NCBI RefSeq assembly: GCF_009914755.1
Contig: NC_060929.1
Length of the DNA stretch: 64,000 nucleotides
Direction: 5' to 3' (one strand)
Source: the human T2T-CHM13v2.0 reference genome, Homo sapiens
The notes beneath the pieces were generated by a model. That model was given only the letters and a program-made list of their open reading frames with translations. It had not been told where the DNA came from and did not search any database. Numbering within the stretch: the first letter of the stretch is position 1; each line of letters begins with the position of its first letter. Shown here piece after piece: positions 16,894 through 34,738 of the stretch. Both the position numbers and the translations under genes were made by a program.

Positions 16894-18790
16894 TAGGAGC
16901 AATTACTGAAGTCAGGTCAGCGAAAACAGCAGCTGCTGAAAGATAGCCGATCCTGTGCCCAAATCTCTGGCAGTCCTTGAGCAGCTTGGAGAGAACATCA
17001 CCATCATGGAACCCTGGCCCACTATGTCCAAAAACTGTTTGATCTGGCCTCAAGAAACAGGAGTTCATAAGGCAGGAGATCAGAGCCCTGCGTAGACGGT
17101 TTTAATGCAAATCCCTGCTTGTTTCTTGAGTTGCCAGTTTCACGCTTAAGAATTTGTAGTCAAGAGCTCGCACAGTTGGGTAGAATCACGCATGAGTGTT
17201 AGGGGAGATTTGCTTTCTTTGGGGGCCACTTTTCGTTTTCCAGTCAGTAGTTTTATTTCCATTTTAATTTTCCGAGCATCTGGCCCCCAGCAACAGCCTG
17301 TGGTTTGGAATTCATGGCTCTGTTGTGTGTTTACGCACTACACTTGCTTGTAATTGACAAATTTAAATTCTGGTCATATTTCATTTATTACCCAGACCCA
17401 GGGAAAAATCCTAGGCGAAAACCTAATTACAGCAAAAGTGCCACAAGGTAATTGCTGTGAAAGAACTCCTGCAGCAGCAGGGCTGAATATTTCATCCACC
17501 CATAAAATGATTATGCTGACAAGATTCTGAAAAATAATAAAATCTGTTTAATAAAAAAGAAGCAAAATATCAGTGTTTTTACACACAAAGTATTAAAACA
17601 TCCTTCATTTTGGACAGATCCTAAGTCATTTGATTTTTATTCAAATGATGATCCACAGCTGAGATAGTTCTTTTATCAGAAACCGGGGTTGGGTAATCCC
17701 TCCCACATGAGGCTGTGTGGAAGCTTCCAGGCCTGCAATGGCCTTCTGGAACAGTACTGAATCGGCTTGCCACTGCTCTATTGGATCTCTGGTCTGTGCC
17801 ACAGAATCAGAAAGCAGATGGAATGAAAGGAGAATGCCTTTAGTTTAGACTGCTGTCACTCCCCCACATTCTCCCTGGCCACCATGGGGGCTGTCTGTCC
17901 TTCTCTCAGAGGACCTAGAAGGCATGCAGGTGTGACTTCTGCCCTCAGAGCTTTGTTGAGTCCATCAGGGCATCTGGGGGTAATTTGCATCTGGGTGTCT
18001 CCAACTGTCCAGGATACCACTATAGCAGGGACCACTGCATTCATTCAGCTACTGAACAAGGTTGTATGGAGCATTTACCATGTGCCAGGAATTGTGTTAG
18101 ACACAGCGTTGATAACAGTGAACTAGACCCTTGGTTCCTGCCCTTGACAGGAACTATATTACAGTGAAAGAGACAGGTCAAAACCAAAACAAAAAGTAAA
18201 CAGAAACATAAATAAAGCATAACAAATTATATCAAGTACTGCATGGAAACACAGAAGGGGCTGGGAGAGAGGATGGGGCGATATCAGAGTAAGGCCTCTC
18301 TGAACCCTAAAGCAAAACAAGGAGCCAACATGGCAAGCTCAGAAGGAAACAGGTTCCAAACAACCGCTGGCCTGTGCCAGGCCTGAGAGGAGAGTGAGGG
18401 GAAGGGAGACTGGAGCTGTGGGGCCTTACGGACCAGGGTCAGGAGTGTAGTGTTTATTCCATTAAGGGAAACCCCTGGGAGGCTTTAAAGCAGGGGAAAG
18501 ACACAATTCCATTTACATTTTAAAAAGCTCATCCCACTAGAGGCTGGAGCATATACAGTGGCTCTTAGGGACAAAGATGGTAGGTGGTGGGAGCAGACAG
18601 GAAGGACATTATTGTAACACAGGGCAGGACCAGGGCAGTGGGAGTAGAGGCAGGAGTACAGGGGGTTTTTGAGTATGGAAATTTACATATAAAAACATAA
18701 ATATTTTACAAATCATCTAACATCTCAGATGTTAGCATTAGACTTTCCATTATGGTTGCAAGTGAAACTAGAGATCAAAAAATAAAATAC

Positions 18791-19105
<315 letters not shown>

Positions 19106-19229
19106 TTACTAGGAAATAGAAGAAACAAAGACCTAAATTAGAAAGAACTTGAAGCTGGGATGCCCATCTCCTTCTTCTCACTTTAGAGAATATAGACATT
19201 GAGTCTTCGTATCCTCGTAAGCTGCCAGC

Positions 19230-19420
19230 CAGTGTTTCTCAAACATGATCCAAAGACTTCCTAGGTTAAAATAGAAGGAGTCGGGAGGGCAGGGGATTAC
19301 AAATGCAGATTCAGGGAGCCTCACCTTAGATTCACTAAAGCTGAGTCTTTGAGGTGGGCCCCAGAATCTGCATTTTCACAAGCTCCCTAAGTTGTGCACT
19401 GCAGAGTCTGAGACGCTGTG
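19230..19420. mobile_element. MER5-like hAT-Charlie remnant
   Basis: CAGTGTTTCTCAAAC..AATGCAGATTC..GAATCTGCATTTT.. Confidence 0.55.
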
Positions 19421-20236
19421 CTTTAAAGTGATTGATGTATCATGCTGAGAAATCACCTGACAGGGGTTAAAATTATGACTAGGCTAAATAAATAATCACG
19501 AAGAAATAAATCTCATTATCATTAATGTTAATAATCCTTGTAAACATTTTCGTAGATACGCTTCCAAATTTGCTCTTATGCACATATGCATTCTTTTTTT
19601 TCATAACAAAACGTGAGTACACCCTTATATTCTATAGGAATTGACTTCATGAACACAATACGTCTTTTGATAAAGACGCTCATTCTTCATTGCCTGGATG
19701 CTGATGAGGGCACAGTGTGGGGGTGTGGGGCAATGCCCAGAGGGAAATGACATCCACCAGGATCTATGTCTTTAATAATCAGAGGAGGTATTGTGGGGGA
19801 ATGGATGCCTGACATGAGAGAATTAGAAACATATTTTATTTTGGAACAGACAGGTATTCTCTGATTGGTGGATCTCTGGAAATTAACACAAATTGTGTCA
19901 TGAATATGCCTTGCCGGATGAAGGCATCTTCTAAAAAGCCAAGCACAAAGAGTTTTCAGACAAAAAGGCATAGCAAGCAACTGTCAAAACACAGTGCCAT
20001 GTTGAATATTGTCAGCTTCCTTCCATCTGCTGTCTCAAAAACCTAGCTTCTCTCTTGCATTCCAGGGATGCTGACGGAGGAGGAGAGCCAGATTCTGGCA
20101 CAGTAAGTTTATCTGTTTTATTATTTTGGACATCACGGTGGAAAACTTCAACATTCTCTTGGCTTTCGTATCTACTGAATCTACAAGGTTTCACACTGTT
20201 TGCTTTTCTTTCTTCAGGGTTGAAGTGTTTTGGGTA

Positions 20237-20429
20237 GAGAGTTGCCAGATTATCAAATAAAAATACAGGATTTCCCATTAAATTTGAATCTCAGATCAAC
20301 AACGAATACATTTTGAGTATAAGTGGGGGCCATATAACATTCAGGACATACTTATACTAAAAAAAAAATCTGTTGTTTCTCTGGAACTCAAATTTAACTG
20401 GGTGTCCTATATTACATCTCATGACCCTG
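20237..20429. mobile_element. MER53-like palindromic MITE
   Basis: GTTGCCAGAT..AAATACAGGA..TTAAATTTGAA..AGTATAAGT / ACTTATACT..TCAAATTTAACTGGGTGTCCT..ACCCTG: long inverted repeat matching recalled MER53. Confidence 0.8.
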
Positions 20430-22280
20430 TTCAGAGGGAAATATTGATACAGAACTGTAATTTCTTAATTAGAAGTGAAAATGCTTCAGTTAACGTAGGA
20501 GCAATATGGATGTTCATTAATAACATCCTTCTATATTTCAGAAGTGTTTCTCCTAAAGAAAAAAAAATGACTCTGGATAATGTAACATCAGCTACTCGAA
20601 GAAGACAGTGGGCAGACACTGAAGCTTTTAGTTCACACCAGGGTAGCAGAAGTCAGCTTGCTTCTTGCTTCCTTTAAGTGATTGGCTTTGGTGAACGCAA
20701 TAGTTGTTCGGGTACACAGGAATCTGCTTAATCTTTCAAATGCTGGTCATGCTCCCCAGGTAATGATCCAACACATGCTTATGTTGCTGCCTCCCAAATT
20801 AGTGCACACAGGGTTGTACAAAGTCAGGTTCAGGAGGGAGTTGATGCTCCAGCAGGGAGCTGGTCCCTAGACACAGAGGCCAGCACTCTTAATTGATAAT
20901 GAACAGACAGGAGGAAAATGGGAACCCTGAGATCTAGTGGAAGAAGTAAGATAATTTACTCAATTTGTTTTCCTGGAAATGAAGACTTTATGTCAAGAAT
21001 CTGTAATAAAATTAGCCGAGGTGCACACACTCAACTCCATAAAACGCTTGATCACCTTGCTGGTCTGCAGCACCTTTTTCTATTTATGGGAGCATTTACC
21101 AGTTTTTAAATCCCTTTTGTTTGATTAACATTAGAATCAACAACTGCAATCTGTGTTGGGTTCCAGTAAAGTGTTGTATTTTCACACTTATTAAAGAAGA
21201 TAGATTTTGTTTTAGGGCCTTAGCTGTAAGTCTCTAACCCTGAGTAGCAAACCATGCTTTTAAACTTTCATTTTATTAGGGAAAAAAAAACACAAAGAGA
21301 CAAAATCTATAGTTATTTAAGTAGAGAAAACAGTGCAATAAGTAGTCATCACTGCTCCAAGACAGTTTTATAGAGAGAAATGCATTACTAAACCTATCTT
21401 TTTCTGAGTTTTTAATCTCTTTTATTCCTCTTAGAACACTTATTTAAAAGGAACACAAAGTTGATTTTTCTTTGTGAATAACTAATGGCTTAATGATGAT
21501 CTATTCCAAATAGCAGTAGTTTTGATATATTCATAAGAAGCAGTCAGCATTTTGGATGGATCCAAGGCCTTTAGATTCTGCCAAAAATCCTGTGGATTGC
21601 AATTCACAGGTAGTAGAGCTATGATAGCTCCTGCAAACAATTGAGGAACCCAAAAATGAGTTCAGTGTGCTTGGGACAATAGGACACTCCAGCCTACCAA
21701 CCCCAGTGCCCATCATCACTTGATTTTCAGGATTCTCAGTCTTAATGCTATCTCCACCCACCTACTTCTCCTAAGCACCTTATTTACTCCTGTAGTTATC
21801 CACAGGGAGTTTCTAAAAGTGAAGAAGTTTTTACTTCTTCATCATCAAAATAAGTGAGGAGGAGAAAGGATACATCCTGTAAGCTTTCTGTCAAGATAGT
21901 CTTATTCTGAAGTTAAGACCCTCCTCCTTTTATTTTCTTCCTTCTGTTTTGATTTTAAATTATCCTTGCTTTTATAATACAATGAAGCCAGTTCTTTTTG
22001 CTTGGTTTTATACATTAATGTCCTAATTTAGAAATAAATGTTGCTTACCCTATGTTGGTCTCCCCGTATTTGTATTCCTCTTTTAACTCTTTCAGTCATT
22101 CTAATTATATCAAGAAGAAAGTCTTGGTTTGTGCTAGACTGTCTTTAACACTTCTCTAACACTTAATAAGAACCCATTTTAACAAAAAAGATCAGGCTGC
22201 AGAAAACACTGCAACTGGTTGCGAGCGTATATACATGATTAAAATATGCCTTATTTTCACTGTCTTTATTTTTCCAATGA

Positions 22281-22585
<305 letters not shown>

Positions 22586-23750
22586 TGACTTTACGTTTTA
22601 TTCTATTTAACACTGGTGATATAAAGATTTTTAAGTAGACTTAAATTTTAAAAATAAGTAGATTTAAAATATGAAGGCAATAATATAGCTTCGTATTTTA
22701 CAAAGCTGGTTATCATTAAAAACTTCTTCACCTTTAGAAACTCCCTGTAGTTAACCACAGGAGACAATAAGGTGTTTAGGAGAAGATAATAATAATATGA
22801 GTGCCATAAGCACAGAATCTTAACAGTGGCCCAGCAATTAGTACAATTTAGGAACTACTGGTTTAGCCCATCCCTCTCAATAGAAAACAGATAAGGAAAC
22901 AGAGACTCAGAATAAGGAAGATATTCTTTTCTAAGATCATACAGCTGGTTATCATTAAGCTCTGTTCTCCTCTGTCCCTCCTCATCTAGGTAATTGCATT
23001 CGACAACAAATTCTGCAGTGTTAAAGTGAAGGAAATTGGATATAAAATACCCAACAATTGTGATGTGGGCTTTCAGGAAGGTGATGGTTCAAGAGGCTGG
23101 TGTGTACTATAGGGGAGGCATAGACGCAAAGACTTGTTGTATAGCACCTTGTGCTGAAAGCCTAAACTCCTCAATTTCTCAGGGCACCAAGAAAAATCTT
23201 TGGGCCTGCCTCAAAGGTTGCAGTGGCAGAGATTCCTCTGGAGTCAAGCAAAAGACGGCTCGAATCCCAGCTTCTCAGCTTGGCAAAAAACCATTTTCCA
23301 TGTCTCAACTCATCTCTTTATTCATGCTACTCTTTACTATTATCATTCCTATAAAATGTTATAGGAAAAATAATAGCTAACAGTTATGGAGCACTTGGTA
23401 TCTGCCAAGCACCTCTGATGAATTATCTCACTTAACCCTCAAACTAACACTGGAAGGCAGTTATTATCGTTCCATACGATAGGTGAGGACATCTGCACTC
23501 TGAATAGTTAATCGCTTATCTGCATCTATACAACTAAGCAGGTGATAGAATAGGATTCAAACCCAAGTGGCTTCATTCCAGAGTCTGCACTTAACGCTAC
23601 CGCTATCCTGTGCGACTCAAATGCAGATAAGGGTTGCAAAAGCCTGGCACACTGGGGGTAAGGAATGTCAGTGCTTTTTCCGCCAACGTGGCCGCGCGAG
23701 TCAGTTGTAACCCGGCATCCAGAACCTTCTCCGTAGGGGCCTTGCCTGGG

Positions 23751-23769
23751 ACTACAACTCCCAGGATGC
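23751..23769 (+). promoter_or_regulatory. ZNF143/THAP11 (SBS) motif
   Basis: ACTACAACTCCCAGGATGC = ACTACAnnTCCCA consensus. Confidence 0.8.
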
Positions 23770-23785
23770 CGCAGGCGGAGAAGCT

Positions 23786-23805
23786 GGCCAATCAGGGGGC
23801 GCGGC
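23786..23805 (+). promoter_or_regulatory. NF-Y CCAAT box and adjacent GC box
   Basis: GGCCAATCAG followed by GGGGCGCGGC. Confidence 0.65.
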
Positions 23806-23861
23806 TTCGCCTTCACCGTCGGCTCCCTGCTCCTGTCAGAACCTCGGTGACGGTTGGCCAG
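23800..23861 (+). other. C5orf58: Probable non-coding exon 1 of C5orf58 (start approximate)
   Basis: Donor CAG|GTGGGT at 23861/23862, just downstream of the promoter motifs. Confidence 0.5.
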
Positions 23862-24425
23862 GTGGGTAGTGACGGCTGCTCGGTCTTGAAGGATCCTAAT
23901 CTGGTTTGGGAGGGTGAAGACCGCTGAAATTTCCAGGCTGCCCGAGGCTCCACCTTCCACCACCCAACGGGTGGGCGGTGGGCCGGGCTGGCCTCGGAGC
24001 CTCTCCCTGGGTGTCGGTTGGGCCGAGAAGGGGACGGTTGGCTGGGTGGGCCTGGCGGCTGGTGGCTGTCCGTAGGCCGGGGTCACTCTGAGGGCATTTT
24101 ACATTACCCTAATCCTGTCCACTTGGCAAGAAACTTAGTAAGCCCCAAAGGTTCATTCCAAATCCTGTCTGGGAGGGCGAGGACTGTGGAAACTTCCAGA
24201 TGCCTCAGGCTCCATCTTTAGCTGTTGAGCGGGTGGTTGGGCCGCTCATGGCCCCAAAGATCTGGGGGGTCTTCATGGGCAGTTGGGTCGCTGAGGGCCC
24301 TAAAGATCTGGGGCTCCTCCCAGGTGTCAGTTGGGCCAAGGAGGAGGCTGGGCTTTCAGAGTAGAACCTGCGGTGCTAACGATGGCTCTGCAGGGCTGCG
24401 GGCTGAGGGCCTGGGCGGCGTCCTG

Positions 24426-24444
24426 TGGCCCGGAGATGGCGCTC
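24426..24444 (+). promoter_or_regulatory. CTCF-like motif
   Basis: TGGCCCGGAGATGGCGCTC. Confidence 0.6.
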
Positions 24445-24989
24445 TAGTGGTATCAGGCCTTGAGTCAGCGACATCCTGGCTTCTGACCCCCCATTCCTAT
24501 GGCCCCTACAGTCTGGTCTCCGCTTCCCCACTCCCGGTGAATTGCTGTTGGAGCAGCCTCTCCTTTCTGGGTAGTGGCCTGGCCGAGCTCCCCGGGGAGG
24601 GCTTGACCCAGACCTGTCCTGCCTCCAGTCCAGTCCCAGCTACATTGTTGTGTAGCACCCCACTGTGCCCTCACCCCACCCACGCGCTGGGTGCTCGAGG
24701 GCCTAGGAGAACCAGAGTGGAGAGAGGCCACTGTCTTGGGCTCTAAAATCATTTAGTTTCTACTTTACTATTTTTAAAAAACTTTTGCCTTGTTTTTGAA
24801 GTTCTTTAATTCCACCACTCCACCCCTTGTTAAAATATCATCTTTCTTTTTCCCTGCAACTTGACTCTTGGTTTGGCATGCCCAAGGAAGGCAGCTGACA
24901 TCCTGGAGAATGGGGTCTTGGGGGTAGATGCAAAGCGCATTTTATTAATGTCTGGGAAACAAAATTAGTTTTTTTACAGTGGCTCTGAA

Positions 24990-25052
24990 ATGAGAGAAAT
25001 TGCAGAAATTCTCCCTGCTCAGGAAAAGGTAGAGGCAAGGATTGACTTAAAG
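24990..25052 (+). CDS. C5orf58: C5orf58 upstream exon, optional 21-aa N-terminal extension (MREIAEILPAQEKVEARIDLK)
   Basis: Acceptor TTTTTTACAG| at 24979, ATG at 24990, donor AAG|GTTAGT at 25052; phase 0, in frame with the next exon. Confidence 0.65.
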
Positions 25053-25830
25053 GTTAGTTTGTTTTCATTATTTTGGACAAGCAGCTTGACCCATGACTGC
25101 CCACCTTTCACACTGCTGGAGTTGTGTATGCTAATTGAGATGGAGTTTTTCAAGTCATTTTGAGAGACTGAACAGCTTAAGACTAGTTTCTAGTGAACCA
25201 CCTCTCTGTATATTTGTATCTGACACAATTGGTTAAATACAGGTACTGTATAACATAGGAATGCGTTGATTTATACATTTCAGTTAACCAAAATTAAAAT
25301 GTCTGTTACTCTAACTCCCAAAACCAAACCAGCCATTTGCCATACTCTTAGTGGATTATAATTGAATTATCCTCTTAATGAATTAGAATAAAATTCTTTT
25401 TTGAGTTTCACTGTGTACTTAAATCATATGTGGGCCCTGTTATTCAAGAATAAGTTAGAAAAAGACATGGACTTACATAAACAAAATTAGAGAAGATCTT
25501 AACACAAACGCTAAATTGTAAGGTAGTTTATAAGGGCTGAGGCTTTCTGAAAAGGGGACATCTTCATTTCCATTGTAAGCCCTATCTTGTGGATATGGTT
25601 TGATTGAGGAAGGAACCTCATCCTACAAATTCCAGTTGGAGTTTTTAGTTGGAAAAATATTACATAACACATTAATGCCTTTTGATGTTAGAATTCTAAC
25701 CATTTATAAAGATTTGTTTCATAATTATTTCTGAAATAACAGATTTATAGAAATACTGAAAATGTAAGTATTTTAAAAGTACACATAAATACTGATTTAT
25801 ACATTGTTTCTGTTTTTCTTTTAAAATCAG

Positions 25831-25924
25831 ATGGGTAAGAAGCGTGTTACTGATCATAAGCTAAATGTGGACAAAGTAATTAAAAATATTAACACAATTT
25901 CTTCGGAGTTGAAGAAGATAAAAG
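25831..25924 (+). CDS. C5orf58: C5orf58 coding exon (MGKKRVTDHKLNVDKVIKNINTISSELKKIK)
   Basis: Pyrimidine tract + CAG|ATG; donor AAG|GTAAGT; 94 nt, ends phase 1. Confidence 0.88.
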
Positions 25925-28299
25925 GTAAGTATTGAATCACTAAAATGTTTGCATGTCATTGTTATAAAATAAATGATAGAGCCAGTTTGTGTTTCTGCTG
26001 GGGTATAAGTAAATTTTGCCCACTAATTAGGATTTCTCTATTTCTTAACAAATGTTTTCAGTGTAAGTGAACTAGATCTCTAAAGATGAATTATGTTCGA
26101 CTTTGGAGTTAGCAGACCTGAATTCCCATCCCTGACATTAATAAGCTTATCAGGTTGTCTAACCTCTGTAAATTTTACTTCCCTTCCTTCCCTTCAACAC
26201 ACCATTCAAGACTATGTCACATTCAGCAAAATTCATTGTCTTTATAAATTCTTACTAAGCCCCTAAGGTCCATTCCAAATTAAAAAGTATAAATTAGATT
26301 CTGTGACTTAAAGCTTCTTCATTTTAAACAGATTCATATAGTAGGATTAGACCTTATAGGTCATGATGTTTAGTCGCTCACCTCACAGACATATTCAGTT
26401 ATTTTATCCCAAGAAAATTTCTGTGATTGAATATTTCTAGGGATAATCTATCCCTGACCAAACATTTCTTATGCTGGGGAACTTCCTGTCTCACTAGTCA
26501 ATCCATTCTATTTTAAACAATTCCTTCTCACCAGCTAGCTGAAATCTGTTCCCCTATTGCTTTCACCTAAGAGTCCTATTTCTAACCATGAAAACTACAC
26601 TGAATATGTAGTTATTCTTTTTAAAACAACTCTTGGGTATTTAAAGATAACCTGTGTCAGTTATGAGGCCTACATCTATAAGTAACAAAAAAACCAACTT
26701 AACTTATACAATAAGGAAAAACAAGAAGATCCAAGGTAGCAGAGCCCTAAAGTTAATTCAGAGGTTTAAAGATTTTGTCAGGGACCAGGCTCTTTCCATC
26801 TTTCTGCTCTGTCATGTTCACTCTCTTTATTACCCCTCATGATCATTACCTTCAGAGGTGCTCATATATAGACAGTCTCTTTTTATAAGTCTCCTCCCAG
26901 ATCCCTCCAGCACAGTTCCCTTTCATTGGCCAGATTTGCATCACATGCTGATGCTTACAGCAGCCACAGCTAAGGGGACTGGGACTGCCAAGACCAGTTT
27001 GGACCACTCAGAACTTACTACAGGAGCTGGGGAAAGGAACACCTCAAACAAAATCAAGCTGTGACTCCAAGAAGAAGAGGGCATGGCCGTTCGTTAGGCA
27101 CCAAATAATGAGTGCCTAATATGCTTTTTCCATGTGTTCTCCCTAGGACAGCATTTCCTGGACTTTGATCTGTGAACCCTGCTGTTTCAAGCAATGTTAA
27201 TAGATGGTGTACAGTAGAACAGAGTCAATGTTCTTATGGCCAAATAAGTTTGGAAAGTGCTTTATGCTACATATTTCACAAATTTACAGTACATATTAAG
27301 AAATCTGACTACCTTTAATTCATCATTTCTCAAAACCAGCTTCAACACCACAGTGAAGATTCTCCTTCTAAAATGCGAATCTGCAGAAAACCCTCATTGG
27401 CTCACCATTGTCCTCAGGATAAAGTCTAAACATCTTAGAATGGACTATATGACCTGCTCAGATCATTCCCCTCCTTTCCCCTCTAGTCTCTTACTCTGTT
27501 CTTACTGCATGTTCTATGCTCCAGCTGTACTGAACTATTTGCATATCTCCACAAGTGCTTTTCTGTATCTGTTTCAACACATACTTGTCTGTCTGAAATC
27601 CCATTGCTATACCCTACCTCCAACACACCAGGTTAACTGCTAGTAGTCAAGGTCTCTTACAATGGAAAACTTTTTTTGAGCCAGCATGTTATCCTTTCTG
27701 CCTTTTGCTATCACCTGTTATACTATTTTATAATTGCATATTTCCTTACTTTTCTTATCCCTGCTCAACTGTAAGCTCCTTATGGGTATTTCTAGTACTT
27801 AACACGGTGCCTTGATTGATTCGATTCTTAAAAAATTTTTATTAAATGAATAAATGGTTCTGGATGCTTGAACTCATTTAAAACAGTTAAGAAGCTTTAG
27901 ATTCCCCCCAAACTTGATTATCTAATTGTTCTAGTTTGGAGAATATTCTTTCATAAAATAAAATGTAATAACTATGTGATAGATGTTTTCTTGAGACATT
28001 GTATGGGTAGGTCAGGCAGTTAGACTCTGAGGGACCTGTAGAGCTACGCTAGGAAGGTAGACTTCTGGTAAATGTAGAGGATTAAATGAACACTCTGTGC
28101 ACCCTCACTTCCTCCCCTAAATAGTAATGTCAGCAGCCAACCTTTACAGAATTTACCATAATCCAGGACTCTTCTAAGAGCTCTGCATAAATGAACTCTC
28201 TTCATCATAATCCTATGAGGTAGGAACTATTGCCATTGGCATTTACAGATGTGTAAATAGAGAGATTTAACTTTTTCAAGGTCAAGCAACTAGTCAGTG

Positions 28300-29760
28300 G
28301 TACACCTGAGATTTAAATTTAAGTGATTTTTAAAGAGACAAAAATCCACAAGTAAAGAGATTCCAAGAAGAGATAACAAAACAAAAGGCAAATGGAGAAG
28401 CAAATAGACAAGTCTGAACCCCAAAGCCCAAAAATCTGAACCCTAAGCTGGCTGGGTAAAGCCAAAAATAGCCCCTACGACTCAATTCATGGTGGCACCA
28501 GGATCTTCTGGAAGTAGGGGTGAAATTTGGATAATAGGAAGACTAGTTAAATATATAAGAATTGTAGATCCCTGAGGTCTCTTCTGCCCTCTGCATAGCT
28601 GGGCAGCTATCCCTTCACTGTGACAAAAGACTTGAGGTTAAAACAAGGATATTTGCCCTGGAACCACTAGTCATAGGTTGAGGGAAAGTAGTATACTGTA
28701 AAGAAGGACACTGAAACAAAGTTTACTTACAAAATTACAAGACCCCCAGTTTTTTTTCCTTCACTGGGCTACCAAAATACTGGCAGCCAGATTTATACCC
28801 ACCAAGTAGATTTTTCTCTCAGGAATCTGACCAGCCTAAGATAAAAGATCTAAAGATACTAATAGCAGAGGTTCTCCCAACAAAATAACCCAGCCAGAAC
28901 ACCCCACATTATTGAGTACCACAGGTGCAGAACTTCCAATTGTCTTTTTAGTGTCACAGTCTTAAATATGGGCAACTAAGGCACAACAGATACTTGAGGG
29001 ACAAATCTAATATTAAAAAGCAGAGAAAAAATCAACAGATTCAATGAGGAAGAAACAAATAATGAGGGGAGATGAAAATTTCAAGAAATTATTAATATTC
29101 AGAGAGAAGAGAAGATACTGTATCCATGAAAAAGGAACTACATACTATAAAAAATATTCAGAGAACAAGAAGGAGCTCTTGGAAATTAAAAATGTGACCA
29201 TAGACATGAAAAACTCGATAGAAGGGTTGAAAGGTAAAATGAAGAAATTCCTCTAGAGTGTAAACAAAACAAAAGAGATGGAAAGTGTTGGTGATGGGGA
29301 GGAAAAGGATTAGGTAAGTGAAGGAAGTCCAACATCCAACAAATAAGAGTGTTAGAAAGAGAGAACATACACAAGGAATGAAGGGCAATTCATTAAAGAA
29401 ATAAAGAAAACTTCCTAGAGTTGAAGGGCATTTGTTTCTACAATGAAAGAGTCCACCACAGTGCATGAAAATAGGCTCATACCAAGGCAGAATGTTGTGA
29501 AATTTCAGTCTACTGAGAGAACAAAAAGATCTGTAAAGCTTCTGAAAACAAAACAATCATATGAAAGTTCTCATATGACTCCAGCTTCACTGGAACCTAG
29601 AAGACAATGCAGCAGTGCCTTTGGAAATCTGAAAAAAATATGATTTCCAACCTAGATTTCTATAGCTAGTCAACCTAATTAAGGATTAGTGTAGATAAAT
29701 TTTCAGACATATAATTTTATTCCCTCTGGAAGTTACTGAGCCTATATGTCACCAAACAAG
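28300..29760 (+). mobile_element. Ancient L1M/HAL1-like 5' region with ORF1 remnant
   Basis: ORF1-like fragments (KKELLEIKN..MKNSIEGL; PRQNVVKFQ; PRRQCSSAF); no ORF2 evident after it. Boundaries approximate. Confidence 0.55.
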
Positions 29761-30848
29761 GGAACAGATCAAAAAGAGAGACACAGGAATCTGGGGAAAA
29801 GGGCACTCCACAGAATGGAGGGATAAAAGGAGTCTCTAGGATATTAGTGAAGGGAGTTCCCAAGATACCAGCTGTACAGCAGTGCTAGTAAGCAATCAGT
29901 TCAGATTGGAGCAAATCAGAAGGCTCCAGGAGAGGAGAGACGTTTAACAATAGAATAGCTAAGGTGTTGAATAACCCAAGAGCAAATTTACTCAATTGGG
30001 GGACATTTAGGATATATTTCTGATAATGCAGCAATGAAAAAACCCAATTATTACCTCTGGTGGGTTGCGTGCAGGAAGGAAAATGTCATATGACAAGACT
30101 CAGCTATGAAGAATATTTGTATAATTAACATTTAAACATTAGATAATTGAGCTAAGCAAAAATTTTTCCTGAAGTATATTGGGAGAGAAGAGGGTGTGTG
30201 AAAGAGCTGTATCTTAATCTTCTGTGTCAGAGGCAGGTAACACTGAAAATTGAAAAAAAAAAAAAATCAAATCTCAAAAAATTTAAAGTTACAGAGGTAA
30301 ACACCACCCCACCGCTCCCCACAATAAAAATACTCAAAACAGACACACTGAAATGACCAAAGCAACAAAAACAAAGTGAGCTATAAAAAAAAAAAATTAA
30401 AATGGTTGCCTCTGGGAGATTGGAACTGCAGTTTTTTTGTAACATGCCTTAGACTTATCTGATTCTTGGTACTATATGCATGTATAACATAGATAAAAAT
30501 AAGTTAAAACCATATAAATCAAATTTGTATAAATCAAGTTGCAGTTTAGTGATATAGCCGAGAAGTTGGGCTAAAGAGCACCCTTTTAGTAAGTTTTTAT
30601 GTCATGCTTATTTTGTAATAACATAAATCTTATTTTTTTTTTAATTATACTTTAAGTTTTAGGGTACATGTGCACATTGTGCAGGTTAGTTACATATGTA
30701 TACATGTGCCATGCTGGTGCGCTGCACCCACTAACTCGTCATCTAGCATTATGTGTATCTCCCAATGCTATCCCTCCCCCGTCCCCCCACCCCACCACAG
30801 TTCCCAGAGTGTGATATTCCCCTTCCTGTGTCCATGTGATCTCATTGT

Positions 30849-34675
<3,827 letters not shown>

Positions 34676-34738
34676 TATGATGTTAGCTGGTGATTTTGCT
34701 CATTAGTTGATGCAGTTTCTTCCTAGTCTCGATGGTCT

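Larger units (their letters stand above)
23680..24700 (+). promoter_or_regulatory. C5orf58: CpG island / C5orf58 promoter and first intron
   Basis: Sharp local rise in GC and CpG; contains core promoter motifs and a candidate first-exon donor. Confidence 0.8.

Noticed and set aside
23526-24746. 186-aa (-) and 173-aa (+) ORFs
   Set aside because: Stop-poor GC-rich CpG island sequence, non-ATG starts, no recognisable protein.
25764-25830. Extra C5orf58 donor AAT|GTAAGT at 25764
   Set aside because: Would leave a 67-nt intron, at or below the usual minimum; no convincing upstream exon.
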